From Octopus vulgaris (taxonomy: Eukaryota), in NCBI GenBank assembly GCA_951406725.2, contig OX597826.1, positions 24,366,001 through 24,430,000 of the forward strand: a stretch of 64,000 nucleotides of DNA, read 5' to 3'. Position numbers and translations under genes: made by a program. Positions 51,570-63,815 of the stretch are shown here, in pieces; positions within the stretch are counted from its first letter, which is position 1; every line of letters begins with the position of its first letter. The notes under the pieces were generated by a model, which saw only the letters and a program-made list of their open reading frames with translations, made no database searches and was not told the origin of the DNA.

Positions 51570-51820
51570 CCAGAAATACCTGGAGCACCTGGACATGTAA
51601 CACCTTGTCCCTAGAATGGTTTATGTCTGCCTGTCTTCAAACATGGTAGCAAAATGGAAGGTGAAAAAATTAACACAAATGAAATAGTATAAGAACATGC
51701 CTAGAAAATTCTGGGCCATTCCAAAAAGATAATTATGGGAAAAAAAACAACTAAAGAAACAAAAAATTCAAATCTACATCCTTGTTCTTAAAAGACTGAC
51801 GTACTGTAATATATTCTGTG

Positions 51821-51826
51821 AATAAA
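51821..51826 (+). promoter_or_regulatory. Probable GEMIN5 polyadenylation signal
   Basis: AATAAA about 250 nt after the stop codon, followed by T/GT-rich sequence. Confidence 0.6.
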
Positions 51827-53239
51827 TTTTGTTGGCTTGAGAGTATTTTTTTTATTTACTAAAATTTCAGATGTTTTTGCGAGTTTTTTTTTTCTCCTGA
51901 GACAGACTAAAGTCTGTCTCATATTTCTGAAAGAAAAAAAAACGAGAAGTCAACATGATTCAACTTGTGATTTTACTTCATTGGTGTATATGTGTGTGTG
52001 TGTGTATATACATAGGTGCAAGCATGGCTGTGTGGTTAAAAGGCTCACTTTCCATCCTCTTGGTTTCAGGTTCTGTTCCACTATGCAGCATTTTGGGTAA
52101 GTGTCATCTGCTAAAGTCCCAAACCTATCAATGCCTTGTAAGTGAATTTGGTAGATGGAAACTATGTGGAAACCTGTCTGTATGCATATGTGTGAGTGCT
52201 AAGAAGTGTGCTTCCCAACCAAATGGTTCTGGGTTCAATCCCACTGCGTGGCACCTTGGGCAAGTGTCTTCTACTATAGCCTCAGGCCAACCAAAGCCTT
52301 GAGTAGATTTTGGTAGATGGAAACTGAAAGAAGCACATTGTGTGTGTATGCATGTATGCACACTTGCAATCTTGTCTTGACGTCATCTGATGGTTGCAAA
52401 CAACCATCACTGTTTTACAAATGATGTTCATTTCTAATCTTCTGTGAAAAAAATGTCTAGCCAATATTTCTTAGCAATATTACTTTGCTCAAAAACAAGT
52501 GACGTTTGGCAAGAGGAAAGGTATCTGGCCTTTGAAAATTTGCCTCAACAAATTCCATTTGACCCATGCAAGCATGGAAACAGAAAAAGAAAAGACAAAA
52601 ATTATGTTGGCTACGTGTATAGTAAAAAGTATTTCACAGATTACATACAGAAAGACTAAGTCTTAAAAAAACTCAATACATATGAGAGTGGAGTAAACAA
52701 TCTTAAGAAAAAAATGCATTTGTAATTGGAACAATTGTATTATATAAAAAAATAACTTGTTTATAAACAAATTAAGGGTTGGCGACAGGAAGGACAAGCC
52801 ATAGAAAAATATGCCATAACGAATTTTGTGTGAGCCATGCTTGTTCAAGAATAATAACGGAGCATTTACCGAAGGGGAGACCCCCCTATAGAGAGTGAAA
52901 ATTATTGTAAAATGAAAACGCTATGACATATATGATGCACAACCCATTTCAGCGGCGCATATTCAGGAAAAAAGTTTTAGCGAATTAAAACATGCAGACT
53001 TTAAGGTAATCGCATTGGGGGGGGGCTTTTGTTGTTGCTTTTTTCTTTCTTGAGACCTTTTAAAAAAAAAGAAAGTTGGTTTTAAATGCCATAAAATCCG
53101 ATATATAAATATTATCGCTGTGTTGATCTAATCTAGGGGACGCAACTCCATCAAGACTATGGGAGATAACCCTTCTCGTCGTATGACCCACTGTATCATT
53201 CGACCTGCTAGAAATAGCAGCAAAATTATTGTTCTACAG

Positions 53240-53784
53240 CAGTGATTCTCAACTATTTTCTACTTGTTGACCCCCTTTGATTCCTATTTTACTCTAGTGG
53301 ACCCTTATAGCTATTCGATGTTGTAAAAAATTCTATTATATTTTTATAAATAAATTTTATTACGAATTGTTAAAATTGTTTGTGCATTGTATAAGTATAA
53401 CCAATTTATTCTTTTACATGTTTCAGTCATTTGACTGCAGCCATGCTGGAGCACCACCTTTAGTCGAACAAATCGTCCCCAGGACTTATTCTTTGAAAGC
53501 CTAGTACTTATTGCCAAACTTCTATATTATAGGGACATAAACACACCAACATTGGTTGTCAAGTGATGGTGGGGGAACAAACACAGACACACAAATATAT
53601 GCATACTGAAAGAAGCCTGTCGCGGCTATAGTAGAAGACACTTGCCCAAGGTGCCATACAGTGGAACTGAACCTAGAACCATGTGATTGGGAAGCAAGCT
53701 TCTTACCACACAGCCACTCCTGTGCCTATTGCACATAATTTTTTTACTGCAAAATCTTATATGGACACTGGTTGGGAACCACTG
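53240..53784. mobile_element. hAT (Charlie-like) MITE interrupted by a SINE (about 53410-53728, -)
   Basis: cagtgattctcaac / gttgggaaccactg termini; 8-bp TSD ttctacag/ttcgacag. Confidence 0.78.
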
Positions 53785-54655
53785 TTCGACAGTCTTGTAT
53801 GTTGTCAAAATATTGAAAATATAACATTGCTTAACAAGAGGTGGTAATTGTTTTAAATAACTTTAAGAGATTAACTAAAGGAAGCTTCTATAACAATAAA
53901 CCAGCAAGGAATAGTGTTAAAAAACAATCAACAAATTTCAACATGATGTACAAGGCAGAGCAGAACATTAAAGATATCCAAAAAATATATAAAACAGCAG
54001 AAACGTTCTTAATGAAAATTTAAGAGATAGTGGTTGAAATTGCTGAGCAGTTAATGCTTTTCTAAGTAAACTATATTGTACTGAGAAGCCATGTTCATTT
54101 AAAAGTGGATTTTTTTTTTAGGGAAAAATAACTCAGCAACTTGACAGACATTGTAAAATGCTGGAATATATACAAATGTGATCTTGATGCTTTCTATGCT
54201 CAGGTATACATCTATCCTCGTTCATCACCGATTCATTCTTCACTGATTCTGGAAAATATGGTACGTGCAGTTGTTACATGTTATGCTTATCACAAAACGA
54301 CCTGTTATAACTTTGGTCAGTGATCAGTCAGAGATTCTTCAATACAACTTGGAGCTTTGAAACGAAATCTGTTTTCCCACCTATGTTCCGTATCATTTGT
54401 TTATTACTGGATTCATTTAACACAGTTAAATAACTTATAACAAAAAATAACTGTGATGAATGAGGATAGATGTACTGTGTTCATCTGCTGAAATATTTGT
54501 AGTACAAATGAGGAAGACATGGATATTAAACCAAGCAATGAGGACAAGTCCATGCTTTAACTACTGGAGTTGATACAAACAGAGCTCTGGAAAGAACTGA
54601 TCTGATGAAATATTTGGTTTAGTATCCAAATGGACTTTCATTTACGCTTATCAGC

Positions 54656-56075
54656 ATGGCAATGGAGATCAACAAGGGTCACGGCCCTGACGGCATACAC
54701 CCACGGGTTATCAAAGCGTTGGCTCCGGTCATCTGCGAGCCCTTAACACGACTATTCAATATGTCATTGGCGACGGGTGTTATACCTGCAGACTGGAGAA
54801 CAGCGATAATCTGCCCAATTTTCAAGAAAGGGAGCCGCGAAGACCCGCTTAACTACCAACCGGTTTCCCTTACATCAATAATCAGCAAGATGTTCGAAAC
54901 GATCCTTAAGAAAAGTATGATGCTCCACCTCCTAAACACAGCCTCGATCACTGATTCCCAACACGGCTTCGTGCCGAAGAGATCATGCTTGACCAACTTA
55001 CTAGTAATGGAAGAATTGGTGACGCGCATCCTCGATGATAGTGATGCTGTTGACATCGTTTTATTGGACTTTGCCAAAGGTTTTGACTCAGTAAACCACC
55101 GCCTACTACTTGTCAAGCTTCAAGCATATAGTTTCCATCCGGATATTGTACGATGGGTTGGTGCCTTCCTCTCAGATCGCTCCTTCCAAGTTCAAGTTAA
55201 TGGTTCGCGGTCCGACGTCTCCAGTGCGAGCAGTGGCGTGCCTCAAGGTTCAGTGCTTGGGCCCTTGTTGTTCTTAGTCTTCATAAATGACTTGCCCGAC
55301 GACCTCACGCAACACACCCTTCTATTTGCCGACGATATCAAACTGGTCGCTCCTCGCGGTAGTATAGAGGATCTTCGTCGATGCCTCCACCAAATTTGGA
55401 AGTGGTCTAACGATTGGGACCTGTGTCTGAACGTGTCAAAGTGCTGTCATCTGCCTGTCGGCTCTACTCCTGCAACTCAACTTGATTTCGAGCCGGGTCG
55501 TCTGCTGCTGGAGAGGACCGATCAGGTAAAGGACCTGGGTATCTTGGTGGATTCCTCCTTTTCGCCTTCGGCCCAGTGCGTCCATGCTGCCAACAAAGCA
55601 CGCGGAATTCTGTTTTTGATTCGACGGTCATTCGGAATGCTCACAGCAGCCATATTCCTGCCACTCTATGTCACGCTGGTGAGACCCATATTGGAGTATG
55701 GGATTCAAGCCTCTTCTCCTTATCTCCTCAAAGACATACAGCACCTCGAAAGAGTCCAGAGGCTGGCTACCCGCATGGTTCATGGTCTCAAAAATTTGTC
55801 CTACGAAGAAAGGCTGAGGACGCTCGACCTTTATTCTCTTGAAAAACGCCGCCGCCGTGGTGATCTCATTCTCGCCCACAACATCATAAGCGGGAAGTGT
55901 AACCTCTCGAAAGAGCTGTTCTTCACTCCTGCTCCGGAGCATCGGCTGCGGGGTCATTCCGAAAAGCTCTACCTGCGACGATTTCATCTCAATCGAAGGA
56001 GAGGAGCTTTCTCCGTCCGGGTTGCGGATCCGTGGAACAAGCTGCCAGACGAGATGGTGAAGATGCCGACGACCG
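54656..56075 (+). CDS. LINE ORF2 reverse transcriptase portion (open frame, truncated at both ends)
   Basis: ORF 54656..56173; homology ends at ..WNKLPDEMVKMPTT, and the remainder reads into the inverted part. Confidence 0.9.
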
Positions 56076-57206
56076 CTTTTCAATTTTCACGGCTCGGTCT
56101 CGTTGAGTTTTGTACACCTCAAAAGCTGCAGTCGAATCCAGATTTTTTAATTCAGCCCAAGCAATATCTCTGAGTTGACGTTCTCGTTTAACCTTATTCG
56201 TCACCCAGGGCTTGTGTTTCTTCCTCTTGGGAAGCCCAACGGGAACTGCCTGGTCAGTCAAACAGATTACATATGCTTTGAGGGATGACCATAGTTCGTC
56301 AACTGAGGACAACGTCATCAGGGATCGCCAGTCCAGAAGCGCGGAAGCCTCGTTTAGAATTTCAAGATTAATTGCAGAGAAGACTCTACGTGGCAGCGAA
56401 GTAATCGTGGGCGTGGAAAAAGTTGTGTGCATGGCGAACTTCAGGACCGCATGATCACTCGTGGCAAGAGGGGCGCACACAGATACGTCTGACACTGATC
56501 TTGGATAGCAGGAGAATACCAGATCTAGCATAGATGGCTGCTGCCCAGACCGATGCCTTGTCAGATATTCAACATGTTGCGATAGAAAACAATCTTCAGC
56601 CACGTCAAGAAGGGCCTGGCCGAACCGGGAAGATGTTGTACAAATTGATGCGGGCCAATCGATCATGGGAGCGTTGAAGTCGCCTAGTACCAAGCAGTCA
56701 TGCGAAGCTGAAACGAATCTTATCGCTTCGAGTAGATGAGCATCGTCCTGGGGGTCGGCTAGAGGCGGCCTGTAGACAGCCAACACGGGCAGGCAAAACT
56801 CAGATAGGCTCAGCTTGCAATAGACGGCATCGAATTTGGTTGTAGGTTGAGCATTTGCGGGTAGAATACCGCAGGACGGTTTGTGCTCAGACTTAACATA
56901 CACAGCAACACCTCCACCTCGCCTTTTTCCTCTGTCACATCTGAAAAGGATGTAGCCCTGCAGGTGGATTTCTGAGTCCTTTACTGCTGGAGTCAGCCAA
57001 GTCTCGGTGATAGCTATCACATCAGGGGAGTCACGTATGGCCAGTGTAAATAGTTCACTGAACTTTGGGAATAAGGAGCACGAGTTGGTGTAGACGATGC
57101 TGAGCTGTGAAGTCTGAGGGGCGGGAGTTGGGGAACAAGCAGAATAAAGGGCATCAGAGATAGCATCGTTGACGGGGGTATCAACTTCACTTCGTTTTGC
57201 CCTCAC
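56076..57206 (-). CDS. LINE ORF2 APE endonuclease + linker portion
   Basis: ORF 55989..57206 with complete APE motif set; homology stops at ..DRAVKIEKR. Confidence 0.9.
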
Positions 57207-58663
57207 ATCACTTTCCCTGTCAGCACTACAGCATGGGACCAGAGGTAGGACTTGATTATCTGTCCATCTTGGATTCGTAAACCCTTCTCTCCCATTTGTT
57301 TCCTCATCTTTAGCTCGGATATCAGGTTCCTCCGGCGAATTCTCTCTCTTAGTGAGTATTCCTCGCGAAAACCCATATTGGGGTCCTCCCAGGCATGCGT
57401 CTGAGCTCTGTTCAGAAAGACTGAAGCCTCCCGATCAGAAGAAAAGATTACCCTTATTGGGCGTGGTCTAATATCTGCGGTTGGGTTCGCTTGGAATCTT
57501 CCTAGCCGAGCGACCTTAAGAACACTGACATTTTCGTTCACAGAGAACAATTCTCCAACCAAAATGGAAACAAAATTAATGTCATCTTTTAGGCGGTTTA
57601 TGCCTGTATCACAGGTGGATTCAGCTTTGCTATATATTATTGCCGATCTTGAGTGGGCAAAAAGTTCTCTACTATGAGCTGCGGTATTCGATTCTTCATT
57701 GGAGGATTTCGAAAGGGTGGTTTCATAGCCATCGGACTTATGTCAGCCTGTGGGGTCGATCGGAATGGATTTAGTGGTCATAATTTTCCCGCCTGGTTTG
57801 GAACTGCACTGCCTCTTCTTCGGTTTGGGGGAGCACCACTCCCCAGATGAACCCACATCGAGATCGTTCAGAATTGGTTGAGCAATGGCATTAATGGGAA
57901 GGACAAGTGAAGGAGAATCCAAACAGATTTTATCGTGATCAGGTTTCATAGCCAAATCTGCCCCTCTGGAGTTTTGACTACGTTTCTTCTTTTGGGGAGA
58001 ACAACGGTCTTCAGGTGGGTTTGAGTCTACGCTCCTCAAACTAGGTTGGGGAACCTCCGGGACCGAAAAGGCAGATGAGGAAGAATCTGCACAGGAACGA
58101 TCATGTGCAGGAACGACCGCCGGTTCCTTCGCCTTCTTTGGCCGCTTCGATTTTGTTCCCTTCGGTTTGGACGTCTCCAGGGAAGAAATCAAGGGTGACT
58201 CTGCGTCAACAGGAGACCGTTTATCGTGGTCAGGTTTCATAGCTAAATCCGCCCCACTGGAGTTTTGACGACGTTTCTTCTTTTGGGGAGAACAACGGTC
58301 TTCAGGTGGGTTTGAGTCTACGCTCCTCAAATTAGGTTGGGGAACCTCCGGGACCGAAAAGGCAGATGAGGAAGAATCCGCACGGGAACGATCATGTGCA
58401 GAAATGACCGCCGGTTCCTTCGCCTTCTTTGGCCGCTTCGATTTTGTTCCCTTCGGTTTGGACGTCTCCAGGGAAGAAATCAAAGGTGACTCTGCGTCAA
58501 CAGGAGACCGTTTATTCAGTAAGAGAGCAACAACAGACTTTAGGTGCTCAACCTCTTGTTTGAGCAACAGCAACTGCTCGTTGAGCTGACTATTGGTAGG
58601 ACCATCATCTTGATGAGAAGCCCTACCTGCAGATCTCAGTTTCGATGCGTAGGTAGCTGACAT
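57203..58663 (-). pseudogene. LINE ORF1 (coiled-coil N-terminus, RLG..RPRPIRV C-terminus) with one in-frame TGA at 57743-57745
   Basis: ORFs 57743..58663 and 57203..57562 are in the same frame and the intervening codons are open. Confidence 0.85.
57929..58514 (-). repeat. 291-bp (97-codon) in-frame tandem duplication inside LINE ORF1
   Basis: Offset of 291 between matching anchors (57932/58223 and 58211/58502); the protein repeat KRSPVDAESP..MKPDHD occurs twice. Confidence 0.95.
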
Positions 58664-61600
58664 GATGGATGGTTGACTAAAAACAATCTTCTATGGGCTC
58701 TAGGACAAATCAGGGTTAAATCAGGAACAAAAAACAGGTGCAATCCTTGTAGGAGTAGGCAACAGCAGACAAAATCTGAGAGAGTTTGGGCTGAGCCGAA
58801 TCACAATCCAAGATTGAAAGCAGACGGTGCAACGAGTCGGGAACCCTTCCTAATTGTCTGAAGCAGCTTTAGGATAAGGGATAGTATGTCCAAACTTTAG
58901 AATATTGATATGCATGTAACATGTTCCACACGATTAAATATCATTTGACGTGCCATTTAGTACTTCAATAATTGCATCTGCGCTTGTTTGTATATGTGTG
59001 AATACTGTGTTTATGTGCGAGAAGGCACATGTTTTTGTCTATTGTTAAATTAGATTATTAATTTTTCTTTTTTTCTCACGTTTTTCCCTTTTAAAGTATT
59101 TCTTTTTAAAGTAAATTATACGTTGGAGGGAGGGCTGGGGGTTTGTTTTTATAGTAAATTCTCTTTTCTCCCAGCACAGAGAAAGAAAGGGATTTTTCGT
59201 TGGTGCCACCGGTATAATTCAGACACGGAGAAAGACATTTCGGTGTCATCGTCAACTTGAATGTTTCTAATTGTAGCGATAGTAGTAACTGCAGTAAATT
59301 CTGATAGCAGCAGTAGTAATAGCTCATAAAGTGAGATGAAGAACGGTCGGTCAAATAGAGTTCAAATTGACCGCAACAGTGTTGATGGAACTTGTGAAAC
59401 AGTGACCTTGACTTTGAGAAAAATCAAAGGAGGGGCCGACTATAAACAGTACTTGTGAATAGAGTCATGTACAAGCAGAGTGAAACTATAAATAGTATTT
59501 TTTCTTTTCTTTTTCTTTTTTTTTTTCTTCTTATTCTCCACGTGTTTAATAATGCGATTGCAATAAGTTAATAATGATCATCATTTAATGTCCACTTTTC
59601 CATGCTTGCATTGGTCAGTCAGAAACTGTTGAGGCATGTTTTTTACAGCTGGATGCCCTTCCTGCCACTGACCCTCACCTAATATTTCTCCATAGTTAAA
59701 CGTTTTTCAAAGAAGACTGGAAACAAACAACCTTGCTAGTATGATGCTGATGTTTGTTCACAACCATCATATGGTGTCAGGACAAGGGTACATGTACACA
59801 CTTGTATATGTGTGTGTGTATAATGGGCTTCTTTAGTTCCCATCTACTAATCCACTCACAAGCTTTGGTCAGCCCGGTGTCATAGTAGAAGACACTTGTC
59901 CAAGTTGCTGTAGAGTGGGACTGAACCAATACCACTTGGTTAGGAAGCAAGTTTCTCAATCAAACAGCCATGCCTGCATCTCTTGATATAAAGGTAAAAT
60001 CCTAAGAAGAAAGAAGGGGTCCATATGAAAGCAATGCGAATATGTTGAGAAAACAGGCATCAGATGTTGCAGGTGTACTAAGTGGAGACTTGATATGACA
60101 GTGAAATTTTTGCTGTCTGACACAAGATCTAGTTTCAGGCCCATTCACAGATATCCTCATTGATACCAGTTGAAATGAAGTGGGTCAGTATAATTTTCAA
60201 TGTTGAATTGAAGCCAGGGTGTAACAGACAATAATGTAGTGAGAACTGCATAACAGTGCTTCTGTGAAATGTAAAGATGTTGTGGCCAGACAAGATGACA
60301 CACTAAATATGAGCTAACAAGTAGAAGAGGCACAATTCCAAATTTCCAAGGGGTTTGCATACAGCTGTATAGACAAAGAATACAGATAATAATTCTTAGT
60401 GGAGGTTATCCAACTCTGTCAACAGGGAAGCTTTTACTTACCACATCAATATCTGCAAGACTACAATCAATAAAAACACAGGAATACTTTTATAAATCAT
60501 TTAACCCAATAAGTTCCTACATCTAAAGTGTAACAGAATTCACTAGTACTCTGCCAAATGCATTTCAATTAAATTTCTGGAATCCACCAACTCCTATTTT
60601 CTTGTTAGCACTCCTAAGTATTTTTAAAAAGATTCTTTTGTATTTTCTGCTCACTTTCCTTCTCACTTCGTATTTCAAACACTCGGTAAAACACATACTC
60701 CATGCCCTCAGTCTCACCATCAAACACATTATCTTTATATAACATTCAATTTTTTTATGCTTGCATAAGCCAGATGGAATTTATGACACATTCTCTGTGT
60801 TTTGGTGTCCTTATTGCCACCAACCCTAACTGGTTTCCAGTAGTCTTTGTTTTAATCTACTTAAAATTTATAGCGAAGTTTAGAATCAGAATATCATTAA
60901 CCCAGTAACAAGAAGTAGGTTACAGTATATCAAATAAATTGTCTTGTATTCTAATGAATCATTCGATCATATGTGGTCTGGTAGAATGGAATTTTCCATT
61001 ATATTCCTGCAAAAATATATGTCTATAAATACAGAAATGCAGGACAATGATAGAGAAGCACCAGCATTTTGTGAGAAGATGTTTGTGCTTGATCCTAGGT
61101 TAAAAGAAGTCGTCGGTCCACCATGAACATTTAATTTTCCTGTCTGTCAAAACATGAATAAGTAGCCATTAAATTCTTATCCAAAAACACATGTTTCTCT
61201 GCTTGTAAATAGTAAACGGCTTCCAGTAAGTAACAGCTGTATATATCGTAAATTAATGTGTAAATAAAAGATCTTATCGAAAATGAACTTGATTGTATAT
61301 GGGAAACAGTATGCAACCAACTAGAGCCAAGAATGGTGACCCTGATAAGAGAAACAGCAGTAACCAAAAGTTTTCTTTATTGATGCGTATAACACATTCA
61401 AAGATAATTTGTTGAATATTGAATATTGGGGAAGAAATCTTTGAGAATCTTGCAAGAAATGGGGCAGACTGGAAGAGAGAGTAGTTTTTTCCAGCTTCAA
61501 AATATCAAAACTCAAAGAGCACTTAAGAACATTCATGGGAAAACTGGAAAATAAACTAACAGAACAGTCTTCTTGCAAACTACCATTGTCCATATTCTAA

Positions 61601-61816
61601 TTACTCAGCTCATTAAGTCATGCTTGTGTCCATATTGCTTTTGGTGGCCTGAGGACTCAATCGAGGGGTCACCTGGTGAAGTGAATGAACTGCAAACATT
61701 GGTGGATGGTAATAAAAATAATGTATGTTGTTAATTGCCTATTTGGTTGGAATTTTTGTCCTATCACTAAACACTCATATACCATTTTCAATGGGACATT
61801 CTGGCATATATATAGA

Positions 61817-63115
61817 CTAGCTGAGATACCCGGCGTTGCCAGGTTACATTCAATTGAAGAATTGGACTTTTCTGTTATATTTTCTGTAATGAACTGGAAT
61901 ATCTATGTTTCGAATTTCATCAAAATTGCAGATGAGGGTTATTTCCTTCTTTACACACCCTAAAAACATTGTAATCATGACACATGTATCCCATACTACT
62001 GATTTTTATGCACATATTTCAAAATATGTTAAAAGGATTTTGCTCCTGAAAAATGGAGGTCATGGAGCTCTAAAATGTGAGAGTTAAGGCCTTTATTGGG
62101 GGGTGGGTATCTTAATGTCAACCAGAGAAGTTGAATTGTTGAGAATCTTTTTAACTTGGGTCTTATATCTATTGTTTGAATTTCTTTGAAATAGGAAATA
62201 TATGTTAACTGGGTTTGAAAAAGAGAGCAAAGCTACAGGAAACCAAAAGACGAATGATCACAATAAGCAGTCAGCTAGAGTACCCTAGTCGTTACCACTC
62301 CCAATGTAGTATTCCTCACCATCAAGATGACAGGCACAGCCATAAGATGCATTACAAATCTATAGCAATTGGAAGGGCGCGACCTAACTGAAATAAACAT
62401 TAACACTGGGTGACGTGAGGGCTAAGGAGAAATGAAAGTTGGAGTTTGCAAATGACCACTATACTGATACGTAACTGGACAGAATAAATATACAATCTAT
62501 AAATGTCTTTGAAAAACCAGTCACTCATCTGGGAAGGCCTTGAAATCAATGTTACCATCTGGGTACTATGTGTGACCCAGTGATAATAAAATGACTGAAA
62601 GGAATGTCTGCAATCAAATAACTTTACTCAACACTTTGCAGCTGAATCAGTGGAGGCAAAGATGCCTCTCAATTACTTGACAATTTATGCAGCACATTGC
62701 AGAAATCACAATGTAAGTGTATGTCAAAGCAAACTGTTACACTGTTGTGCCATTGAAGTAGAAATAATGCTCAACTTTTATGCTTGGGTAACCCTACAGC
62801 TTCCAAGAGCACAACTGTATTCGTTTTTGCTTAGATAGAATGACAAAATTGTGGGTGTTAAGTCCCCATGGCAGGGTCTTTCTAACTTGTAAGACAAGGA
62901 AATTTTATAAATATTACTTCATTTTTGTCTAACATCTATGGTTAAAATTTCATCAACAGCAAAAATATATGAATTGTCATGGGGGATATGGCCCTTATGC
63001 ATAGAATATAATTTCCAAATTTCATAAAGATCCATTCAGTACTTTTGACCTAGTTTTGGATCATAACAGAAATGACTAAAATTTGGGAGTTAAGGCTCCC
63101 ATTAGGGTGTTATAT
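61817..63115 (-). mobile_element. Non-autonomous Helitron-like element (right boundary uncertain)
   Basis: Minus strand ends cctggcaacgccgggtatctcagCTAG|T; three internal aaaat..g(g/a)g(a/t)gttaag repeats near 62072, 62846 and 63078. Confidence 0.55.
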
Positions 63116-63815
63116 ATCATCATCATCATCATTGTTTAGCGTCTGCTTTCCATGCTAGCATGGGTTGGACGGTTCAATTGGGGTCTGAGAAGCCAGAAGG
63201 CTGCACCAGGCCCAGTCTGATCTGGCAATGTTTCTACGGCTGGATGCCCTTCCTAACGCCAACCACTCCGTGAGTGTAGTGGGTGCTTTTTACGTGCCAC
63301 CAGCACAGGTGCCAGACGAGGCTAGCAACGGCCACGATCGGATGGTCCTTTTTACATGCCACCTGCACGGAGGCCAGTTGGAGCAGCACTGGCAATGGCC
63401 ACGTTTGGATGGTTCTCTTACATACCACCGGCACTGGTATCACAACTACAATTTCCATTAATGTTGATCGATTTCGATTTTGATTTTCACTTGCCTCAAC
63501 AGGTCTTCACAAGTAGAGTTTTGTGTCCCAAGAAGGAAAGGTATGCATAAGTGGACTGGCTACATCCCAGGTAGAGGCCACGGGTTATGGTCTCACTTGT
63601 CCTGCTGGGTCTTCTCACGCACAGCATACTTCCAAAGGTCTCAGTCTCTTGTCATTTCCTCGGTGAGACCTAAAGTTCGAAGGTCGTGCTTCACCACCTC
63701 GTCCCAGGCTTTCCTGGGTCTACCTCTTCCACAGGTTCTCTCAACCGCTAGGGTGTGGCACTTTTTCACACAACTATCTTCATCCATTCTCACCACATGG
63801 CCATATCAGCGCAAA
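63116..63815 (-). mobile_element. RTE LINE 3' fragment (end of ORF + 3' UTR + tail)
   Basis: Collinear with 15061-16075; (CAT)n at the left end. Confidence 0.9.

Larger units (their letters stand above)
54655..58870. mobile_element. CR1-like LINE, rearranged: 5'UTR-ORF1-APE on - strand (about 58870 to 56076), RT on + strand (54655-56075)
   Basis: APE motifs (VYTN, IAITETWL, GDFN, SDH) and CR1/L2-type RT motifs (GPDGIHP, QHGF, GVPQGSVLGPLLF, FADD, RRRRGDLI); markedly GC-richer than the flanks. Confidence 0.93.

Noticed and set aside
53830-54654. Possible decayed transposase flanking the CR1-like element
   Set aside because: No diagnostic motif, TIR or TSD could be identified by eye.
56076-56173. 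C-terminal extension of the RT ORF
   Set aside because: Read-through across the inversion junction into antisense sequence.
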